Shown here: positions 56,646-64,000 of the stretch, piece by piece | How positions within the stretch are numbered: position 1 is the first letter of the stretch | Layout: each line of letters opens with the position of its first letter | From: Candidatus Multivoradales bacterium | Lineage (GTDB): Bacteria > Acidobacteriota > Thermoanaerobaculia > Multivoradales > Multivoraceae | Assembly (NCBI GenBank): GCA_965223325.1 | Contig: CBDCWI010000002.1 | Location: forward strand, 712,351-776,350 | DNA length: 64,000 nucleotides | Direction: 5' to 3' | Translations under genes and position numbers: made by a program | The notes under the pieces: model-generated | What the model saw: only the letters and a program-made list of their open reading frames with translations | The model's database searches: none | What the model was told of the DNA's origin: nothing

Positions 56646-59243
56646 ATGGCAGAGACCCCCCCGGACACGACACCCACCCCGCGCTCGCTGAGGCTCCCCA
56701 CCGGCAGCCTGTTGCTGGCGCTCCTCATCGCCTTCGCTCCTGGCCTCCTTGCCCAACAAAACGACGCCCCGGTGCGCACCCAGCTACAGCGCGCCATCGG
56801 CGACGCGTTCACCCAGAGCGCCCACGCCCGCTCGCTCAACCGTGGCCCCGGCAAGACCGAAGGGGTCTCGATCCTGCTCGAAGCCGGTGCCGTCTTGCAC
56901 GACGACGTCGTGCGCGCCCAGAATGGCGCGGTCAGAAACGCCGCCCTCGACATGTTCGACTTCGTCGGCGCCTACGGCGACATCGCCCATTCCGACCTCA
57001 ACCGCGCCCTGCCCTCGGGCAGCGAAATCTTCGCGCGTGCCCAGGCGCTGCGCCAGCAACACCGTGCGGTTCCGATCGCGATCGCCGCCCTCGACTACGC
57101 CACCTGGGGCGAGCGTGCAGCCGAAATCGGCCGTGACGACGATGGTCGGGTGGTGCTGCCGGCGACCGCCCCGGGTGTCGAACGCTTCGTAGCGGTCGGC
57201 GCGATGGCCGACATGCTGCCGTCCTGGAACCCACGCATCGTCTTTCCTTCCGCACTCGTCATGCGTCAGGGCAACGACCGAATCACCCACCTCGCGGTGC
57301 GTGTCAACGGCTCGTCGTGGCAGCGCACCGCCCTCGACCGGGTCCTGACCCTCGACCCCGCGACCTTCCGCCGCACACCCCGCGACGGGCGCCAGCTGGT
57401 GCTCGATGTTTCGATGCGAGTGAACGGTGAGCGCGTGCGCGCTCGCACCCGCCTCCGCTGGCGCCAGGGTCCGGCCAGCCAGATGATCGCCCAGGGCGAC
57501 TCACCCGGTGGCCTGCATGGCCTCGGTTCCCCCAGCCGCGATGACCGCGACGACCCCCGCGTTTCCGTCCTCGCGCCGCCCGATGAGGGTTGCCCGGTCA
57601 CCTGCTACGACATGCCGCAGGTGACCGCAGATTTCGCCTGGCCGCCGAGCAATGGCCAGCGCGGCAAGATCAACCCACGCATCTACACCTCCTCTGGACG
57701 CGTCGAACTCGAAAACGGCCGTCGGGTGCCGAAGCTCAGAAACGTTGTGATTGCGGTCGATGGTTTCGACGCCTTCAACACGCGCACCCAGGAAGACGTC
57801 TGGTCGGACTTCCAGCGCGGCTTCACCGAGATTCTCGAGTGGGGCTTCGACCTCGTCGTCGTCGACTACCACAACGGTCGCGACTACATGCAGAAGAACG
57901 GCTACGCGCTTCGCAAGCTCGTCACCGACGTCGTCCCTGGATGGATAGACCCGGCGTTCGAGGGTCAGCCGCTGATCGTCATTGGTGGCAGCATGGGCAC
58001 CCAGACCACGCGCTGGGCGTTGCGCACCGCCGAGCTCGGCTATCCCTGGGGTGATCCAGTCGATCACAACGTTGGGCTGTGGGTCGCCTTCGATGGTCCC
58101 TTCCACGGGGCGAACATCGCGATCGGCAACCAGGCCATCGCCGACTTCCTCAAAGACGAGTCTGACCTCGGGGTGCTCTTCGAACAGGCGCTCAACAGCC
58201 CTGCAGCCCGCCAGCAGATGCCACGCACGCGACTGGTGGGGGCGAAACTGCCGAAGAAGAAGGACTATCGCCGGGGCAACCCCCTCTTGTCCTGGTACGT
58301 TCCCGATCCGCTGCATACCGAGTACTACGACCTGGTGAACCAGCCCTGGTTCAGGATGCCACAACAGCCGCGCACCGCCAGCATCACCAGTGGCTCCGGT
58401 ACCGGAACTCTGCAGCTCGAGCCGCCGCATCCGGGCTGGCTCCCCACCTCGATGCTCAACCGCGTGTTCAAGGACAACATCATCGGGCGCGTCAACATCT
58501 GGGCACAAACCGACCACGACAACGGCCACATCTTCCACGGTCATATCCGCAAGTTCCTCTCCTGGCGCACGCGTGATCTCTACCTCGGGCCGGCCGACTG
58601 GCTCGACGTCTCGCCCGGTGATCTGCGATCCACACCTCAGCAGATCGCCGATGCCTGGAACAACACCGACGGCACCCTCGGCACCATGGAGGTCCCGCTG
58701 CCCGTTCACAGCTTCGTGGGCACGAACAGCGCGCTCTATACCGCTGACCCGTCGCCCTACTACATCGCCGCTGACGACTCGGGCGTCGATCTGGCGATTC
58801 CCTTCGACAACTTCACCTGGGGCAAGTGCAACAACGGGCACGCCAATATCTCGGGCGAGGCCTTGCGCTTCGTGAAGGAAGAGATCTTCGCCTTCGTCGA
58901 GGGTCGTGAGTCGATGCATCCACCGCGCTACTCGGAACCCTGCAATCGGCCCGAGCCGGTCGACCGTTGCCTCCCCTACGTCGACTGGTTCGCGGACCCG
59001 AACGCCCCCGAAGACCTCATCCCCTGGTACGACGGTGCCAACTGCTACGTCACTCCGGTGCCCTCGGGCGAGCGCGGCTTCGTTGCCGAGAACTCCTACT
59101 GGGTCGAGCCGCGTGCCGGCCGCTGCCAGGTAGGGATTCCGCGCTCACAGGGCGGCAACCCGGCCTGCTTTCTGGGCGAGGCTCCCAGGAACATGCGCGC
59201 CTTCCTGTGGCACGGCTCGTTCTACTACGACGGCTGGGACTGA
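56646..59243 (+). CDS. Large secreted protein with central alpha/beta-hydrolase (GxSxG) domain and Cys-rich C-terminal domain
   Basis: Signal peptide; VDGFD, QKNGY, GGSMG and DGPFHGANI motifs; C-terminal WYDGANCY...C...C; AGGAGA RBS. Confidence 0.8.
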   Translation: MAETPPDTTPTPRSLRLPTGSLLLALLIAFAPGLLAQQNDAPVRTQLQRAIGDAFTQSAHARSLNRGPGKTEGVSILLEAGAVLHDDVVRAQNGAVRNAALDMFDFVGAYGDIAHSDLNRALPSGSEIFARAQALRQQHRAVPIAIAALDYATWGERAAEIGRDDDGRVVLPATAPGVERFVAVGAMADMLPSWNPRIVFPSALVMRQGNDRITHLAVRVNGSSWQRTALDRVLTLDPATFRRTPRDGRQLVLDVSMRVNGERVRARTRLRWRQGPASQMIAQGDSPGGLHGLGSPSRDDRDDPRVSVLAPPDEGCPVTCYDMPQVTADFAWPPSNGQRGKINPRIYTSSGRVELENGRRVPKLRNVVIAVDGFDAFNTRTQEDVWSDFQRGFTEILEWGFDLVVVDYHNGRDYMQKNGYALRKLVTDVVPGWIDPAFEGQPLIVIGGSMGTQTTRWALRTAELGYPWGDPVDHNVGLWVAFDGPFHGANIAIGNQAIADFLKDESDLGVLFEQALNSPAARQQMPRTRLVGAKLPKKKDYRRGNPLLSWYVPDPLHTEYYDLVNQPWFRMPQQPRTASITSGSGTGTLQLEPPHPGWLPTSMLNRVFKDNIIGRVNIWAQTDHDNGHIFHGHIRKFLSWRTRDLYLGPADWLDVSPGDLRSTPQQIADAWNNTDGTLGTMEVPLPVHSFVGTNSALYTADPSPYYIAADDSGVDLAIPFDNFTWGKCNNGHANISGEALRFVKEEIFAFVEGRESMHPPRYSEPCNRPEPVDRCLPYVDWFADPNAPEDLIPWYDGANCYVTPVPSGERGFVAENSYWVEPRAGRCQVGIPRSQGGNPACFLGEAPRNMRAFLWHGSFYYDGWD

Positions 59244-59285
59244 CGTCTGCCGGTAGGGCTGTTTTCTACCACCGTTGATTCCCTG

Positions 59286-59326
59286 AACGGGCGAGCGACA
59301 GCTCGCCCGTTTTGTTTTCTTTGTTT
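59286..59326 (+). terminator. Strong Rho-independent terminator
   Basis: aacgggcgagc-gaca-gctcgcccgtt followed by ttgttttctttgttt. Confidence 0.9.
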
Positions 59327-59397
59327 CTGTGCTGCCAGGTTTCTATGATGCCGGGTAACAGACCTTGTCAACTTCCCGCTGGAGACACCGAAGCCCC

Positions 59398-60804
59398 ATG
59401 GCCACTGAAACCACGATTCAGTTCGAGACCATCATCGAACCCTTCCGCATCAAGGCGGTCGAGCCCATTCGTCAAACCACCGCCGCCGAACGCGCCAAAG
59501 CCCTCGCCGCCGCCGGCTACAACCAGTTCAAGTTGAAGGCCGAGGACGTGTTGATCGACCTGCTGACCGACTCGGGCACCGGCGCCATGTCGTCTTTTCA
59601 GTGGGCCGGCATGATGCGTGGCGACGAGTCCTATGCCGGGGCGCGCTCGTTCTACCGCTTCCTCGAAGCGGTCCAGAAGGTGACCGGCTACGAACACGTC
59701 ATCCCTACCCATCAAGGGCGCGCCGCCGAGCGCATTCTCTTCGGGGCGCTCGCCAGTGAAGGCGACCTGGTCCCCAACAACACCCATTTCGACACCACGC
59801 GCGCCAATGTCGAGGCGCGCGGCGCCGAAGCGCGCGACATACCGATCGCCGAGGGCCTGGTGCCAGAGCTCATCCATGACTGGAAGGGCAATATCGACCT
59901 CGAGGTTCTCGACCAGCTGCTCTCCGAAGAGGGCGAGAAGGTTCCGGTGGTCATGCTCACGGTGACGAACAACTCGGGAGGTGGCCAGCCCGTCAGTCTC
60001 GAGAACCTTCGGGGAGCGAGCGCAATCTGCAGGAAGCATGAAAAGCCGCTTTTCCTCGATGCCTGCCGTTTCGCGGAGAACGCGTGGTTCATCAAACAGC
60101 GCGAAGCTGGACACCAGGACCGGACGCCCCTCTCGATCGCTCAGGAGATCTTCTCACTCGCTGACGGGTGCACCATGAGCGCCAAGAAGGACGGCCTGGT
60201 CAACATCGGAGGCTTCCTGGCTCTCAATGACCCCGAACTCGCCCAACGCTGCCGCGACAACCTGATCCTCACCGAGGGCTTCCCCACCTACGGCGGCCTG
60301 GCCGGCTACGACCTCGAGGCACTGGCCGTTGGCCTCAACGAAGTACTCGATCCAGACTACTTACGCTACCGGATTCAGTCGGTGGCCTACCTCGGCAAGA
60401 TCCTGACCGAGGCAGGCGTTCCGATCGTGCAGCCTCCCGGGGGCCACGCGATCTACATTGACGCACGCGCCATGCTCCCCCACATCGAACCGCTCGCCTA
60501 CCCGGCCTGGGCCCTGTCGTGTGCTCTCTACCTTCTGGGCGGCATCCGCTCGGTCGAGATCGGGTCGGTGATGTTCGGCCGCGCGCCAAACGGCACCGAA
60601 CACCCTGCACCAATGGAGCTCGTGCGGTTGGCCTTCCCGCGCCGCGTTTATACCCAGAGCCACGTCGACTACACCGCAGAGGTGGTACTCGCCGCCCACC
60701 AGCGCCGGGAGCGGATCTCTGGTATGCGCATCACCGCCAGCCCGCCGGCCCTGCGCCATTTCTCGGCCGACCTGGAACCGCTGGAGGGCTCGTTGTTGGG
60801 CTGA
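59398..60804 (+). CDS. tnaA: Tryptophanase (PLP beta-eliminating lyase)
   Basis: EPFRIK.VE, IDLLTDSGT, PTHQGR.AE and MSAKKD (PLP Lys). VEIG rather than the tyrosine phenol-lyase ERG (Arg381) favours TnaA. Confidence 0.85.
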   Translation: MATETTIQFETIIEPFRIKAVEPIRQTTAAERAKALAAAGYNQFKLKAEDVLIDLLTDSGTGAMSSFQWAGMMRGDESYAGARSFYRFLEAVQKVTGYEHVIPTHQGRAAERILFGALASEGDLVPNNTHFDTTRANVEARGAEARDIPIAEGLVPELIHDWKGNIDLEVLDQLLSEEGEKVPVVMLTVTNNSGGGQPVSLENLRGASAICRKHEKPLFLDACRFAENAWFIKQREAGHQDRTPLSIAQEIFSLADGCTMSAKKDGLVNIGGFLALNDPELAQRCRDNLILTEGFPTYGGLAGYDLEALAVGLNEVLDPDYLRYRIQSVAYLGKILTEAGVPIVQPPGGHAIYIDARAMLPHIEPLAYPAWALSCALYLLGGIRSVEIGSVMFGRAPNGTEHPAPMELVRLAFPRRVYTQSHVDYTAEVVLAAHQRRERISGMRITASPPALRHFSADLEPLEGSLLG

Positions 60805-61452
60805 GACTGGGCGCAAACGCCGACCAGGAAGCCTCCCCTCTCGATCTGCTAGTCTCCCGGTGGCAGGAGCATCTATCTCCACCGAACACTGGAAGTCCTT
60901 GCTTTCTAGCAACTTGCAGCTCGAGAGGAGTCCGCCACCTGGCGGTGGCTTCTGCAGAATCGACATGCAACGCGGCCGCCCACCCAGCGACCGACTCGAC
61001 TTTTCACATCCTCCCCGGAGACCGACGGGGGTTCAAAACCAGACAGCATTCGACGATGAGCCGGGTCCAGAGCGCGTCGCGCTCCCCGACTCTCCAGACT
61101 GCAGTCGCGCAATCGGACCCATCGGTCAACCAACGCCCGGTCATTCAGAAAGAGACCGCAGGCGACCGGAACGAGGAAATCCGACGCTCGCGTAAGGACG
61201 CTCTTTGCGAGACCTCTTTGCAAACGGAACGCGGTCACAAGCAGCACGCCGGTCGAAGGCCGCAAGCGACGCCGCCTGCCCCGCACCTCCCCCCTGTTCG
61301 GGGATCATCCCGTTCAGAGACTGGAGGGCCGGCTCGCCGCATGGCTGCCAACCCTGATTCAGTTTGAAGTCCCGGTGCCAGTCGCACCGAGATGAAACTC
61401 GCAGTTCAATCTGTCCCTACCGCGCCTCGGTCACCAAGAGGACAACCATCCA

Positions 61453-63771
61453 GTGACCACCAAGCGCATGCTCATCAACGCGCGCAACCCAGCAGAACTG
61501 CGGGTCGCGTTGGTCAGCGACAAAACACTCGACGACCTCAAGGTCGACGTTGCCGAACGCGGACTGACCCGCGGCAACATCTACTACGGCGTTATCTCCA
61601 ACGTTCAACCGAGCCTCAACGCCGCCTTCATAGACTATGGGGCGGAACGCAACGGCTTCTTGACGATTCAAGATGTTGTCCCCGAGGCCTACCACAAGAA
61701 GTACACCAAGAAGAGCCGGCCGAAGATCGAGGAGGTCCTAGAAGACAGGAAATCCCTCCTGGTTCAGGTGTCGCGCGAACCCGAGGGCCAGAAGGGTTCG
61801 GCTCTGACGACCAACCTGTCGCTGGCCGGCCGCTACCTGGTGCTCACCCCCTACGACTCGACGCGCGGCGTTTCGCGCAAGGTCGACAGCGACGAAACCC
61901 GGCGCGCACTCAAGAAGCTCGCCACCTCACTCGACGTACCCGATGGCGCCGGCGTCATCGTACGCACCAACGCACTCGATCAGAACAAGACCACCCTCAA
62001 CCGCGACCTCAATGCGCTCCTGCGCCTGTGGAAGCGCATCTCGACCGAGGCCGAACGCAACGGTCAGGTGCGGCTCCTCTACTCGGATCAAGACATCGTC
62101 TTGCAAGCCCTGCGCGACTATCTCGACACCTCGGTCCAGGAAGTCCTGGTCGACGAAGTCAACGCCTTCAACAAGGCGCAGGAGTACATTCGCGCCTTCA
62201 TGCCACGGTCGCGTGTCCAGCTGACGTTCTACGAGGACCGGGCGCCTCTCTTCGCGCGCTACGACCTCGAGTCGCAGATCGATCGCATCTTTCAACGCAC
62301 CGCACCTCTGCCGTCGGGCGGCTCGATCGTCATCGACCGCACCGAAGCGTTGACCGCCATTGACGTCAACTCGGGGCGTTCGACGAGGGCATCGAGCCAG
62401 GAAGAGACCGCGGTCAACACGAACCTCGAAGCCGCCGCCGAGGTCGCACGACAGCTGCGACTGCGCGACATCGGCGGCCTGGTGGTCGTCGACTTCATCG
62501 ACATGCGGGCGCGCAAGAACCAGCGACGGGTCGAACGCGCGCTGATTGACGCCCTCAAGCCCGACAAGGCACGCGCCACGGTCGGCAGAACCAGCTCCAA
62601 CGGTCTCGTCGAAGTCAATCGCCAGCGCATCCACCAGGCAATCCAGGTACGCACTCAGCGTGTGTGCCCCAACTGCGCCGGCACCGGGCGCGTGCCGAGC
62701 CCCGACATCGTCTCACTCCACATCCTGCGCGAGCTGCAAGCACGCTGCCAGGACGGTTCGATCGAGCGGGTGCGCATTCGTTTGCACCCCGAACTGGCAG
62801 ACGCCTTCCAGAACATGCGACGCACCGAACTCGCCACCATCGAGAAGGAGCTCGACGTACGCATCGAGATCCTCTCTTCGATGAAGCTCGGTCCAACCGA
62901 ACGCGACATCGACTGGTACGCGCGAGCAGCCCTGCGGCGCGGACCCGTCGTTCGAACCGCGGCGGAGGCAGCCGTTGCCAACATCTCCGAGGCAGCGGAT
63001 GACGCACGCAGCTCGCGCTCGCGGCCTGCCAAGAAGTCCAAGACCACCAAGAAACGCAAGACGCGAAAACGACGCACCGACGCGAAGTCGAAGAACGAGG
63101 GTACCGAGGCAACCAAGGCCAAGGGCAGTGACGGCGAAGACAACGAGGACGAGGAAGCGCCACGGAGGCGGACTCGTCGCCGACGTTTGCGCGGTGGGCG
63201 AAGCAGGTCACGGCGTAGCAAGAGCGACGAAACCCCAACCGATGATGATGCGATCGAGGCAGCAGCGGATGACGTCGCCGAGGGCGGGGACGGCGAGACG
63301 GATAGGGACGGTGACGAAAAGCCGGCCCGGCGCCGGCGCCGTTCCCGCGGTGGACGAGGGCGCGGTCGCAGGGCGTCCGAGAGCGGAGACCCGGGTGACA
63401 GCGACGACGGCGCGGCCACCAGCGATGCGTCACCTTCAGCAAACGGGGATGAAAAGGAACGCCCCGCGCGGCGTCGGCGCACGCGCGGCGGTCGCGGTCG
63501 TGGACGACGCGTTGCGGCGAGCGACGCGGAAGAATCGAGCGCAACGAGCGGTGACGACAAGCGAGCGGAAGCCGACTCCGACGGTCCTGAGAAACCCGCT
63601 CGCTCCAGGAGAAAGACGCGGCGGACCAGAGCTGGCGCTTCCGACACCTCCGAGAAGAGCGGAGCTGAGACGGGCGCGATCGAGGCGCCTCCCAGGGCCG
63701 CCGCCAGCACCGACAGCGGTGCCGGGCGTAGCTGGGCACGCGCCGAGCCACCACCCGAAGACCAGAGCTGA
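61453..63771 (+). CDS. rne: Ribonuclease E/G family with long charged disordered C-terminus
   Basis: GNIY.G.I..V.PSLNAAFID, LLVQV.REP...KG..LTT, GGSIVIDRTEALTAIDVNSG, LRDIGGL.VVDFIDM and Zn-link CPNC motifs. Confidence 0.95.
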   Translation: MTTKRMLINARNPAELRVALVSDKTLDDLKVDVAERGLTRGNIYYGVISNVQPSLNAAFIDYGAERNGFLTIQDVVPEAYHKKYTKKSRPKIEEVLEDRKSLLVQVSREPEGQKGSALTTNLSLAGRYLVLTPYDSTRGVSRKVDSDETRRALKKLATSLDVPDGAGVIVRTNALDQNKTTLNRDLNALLRLWKRISTEAERNGQVRLLYSDQDIVLQALRDYLDTSVQEVLVDEVNAFNKAQEYIRAFMPRSRVQLTFYEDRAPLFARYDLESQIDRIFQRTAPLPSGGSIVIDRTEALTAIDVNSGRSTRASSQEETAVNTNLEAAAEVARQLRLRDIGGLVVVDFIDMRARKNQRRVERALIDALKPDKARATVGRTSSNGLVEVNRQRIHQAIQVRTQRVCPNCAGTGRVPSPDIVSLHILRELQARCQDGSIERVRIRLHPELADAFQNMRRTELATIEKELDVRIEILSSMKLGPTERDIDWYARAALRRGPVVRTAAEAAVANISEAADDARSSRSRPAKKSKTTKKRKTRKRRTDAKSKNEGTEATKAKGSDGEDNEDEEAPRRRTRRRRLRGGRSRSRRSKSDETPTDDDAIEAAADDVAEGGDGETDRDGDEKPARRRRRSRGGRGRGRRASESGDPGDSDDGAATSDASPSANGDEKERPARRRRTRGGRGRGRRVAASDAEESSATSGDDKRAEADSDGPEKPARSRRKTRRTRAGASDTSEKSGAETGAIEAPPRAAASTDSGAGRSWARAEPPPEDQS

Positions 63772-63795
63772 AGGGGTCCGCAAGGTTCAAATAGA

Positions 63796-63828
63796 ACGGC
63801 CCCGCCGCCTGTCTAGGCTGCGGGGCCG
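63796..63828. terminator. Hairpin after rne, possible (bidirectional) terminator
   Basis: acggcccgccgcct-gtct-aggctgcggggccgt; T-rich tail only on the minus strand. Confidence 0.45.
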
Positions 63829-64000
63829 TGTGCCTGACGATTGGACGTCAGGGCTTGGCTGCCCGGGAGCTTGGCGGCAGGGCCTTTCGGTCAGAGCGAC
63901 GGAAAGAGCGCTGCGGAGCCAGGTCGCGAGCTGTGGTTGACTCGAACTGGTGGCGATGGGTAACCCTTTGAAGCTACGCCACGGCCACCGAATCGGAGCC

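Noticed and set aside
63830-64000. Structured RNA gene (tmRNA, 6S, RNase P) at the window end
   Set aside because: No diagnostic motifs are recognisable and the region is cut by the window edge.

Overview
This is 64 kb of a high-GC bacterial chromosome, densely coding and mostly metabolic, secreted or housekeeping genes (lon, rne, tnaA, crcB, rarD, sulfatases, acyl-CoA dehydrogenases). Acidobacteriota class Thermoanaerobaculia is a plausible host, but this is an inference resting on GC content, gene repertoire and the C-terminal (I/V)FxDGFExGD..W motif. No rRNA, tRNA or CRISPR array was seen. The mobile and repeat content is (i) a group II intron (about 10014-11922) inserted into one copy of a local repeat whose uninterrupted paralog lies about 400 bp upstream in inverted orientation; (ii) two adjacent, homologous, exactly 158-bp inverted-repeat-bounded elements (15113-15270 and 15275-15432) separated by CTAG, whose cores are conserved while their terminal repeats have diverged yet remain self-complementary, which is my top candidate for an undescribed element or structured-RNA family; and (iii) a scar at 36.6-38.7 kb where IS30 and IS3 fragments and an AT-richer GT-C-like gene interrupt what looks like an S9 peptidase. 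Notable protein-level candidates are an operon with two PYROXD2/phytoene-dehydrogenase-like flavoproteins plus a GcvT-like folate enzyme, a Tat-signal carotenoid oxygenase coupled to an acyl-CoA ligase, a Tat-signal pentein (deiminase-like) protein, an SGNH-sialidase fusion and an 866-aa mosaic secreted alpha/beta-hydrolase. All family calls come from motif recognition by eye; no database search was run.
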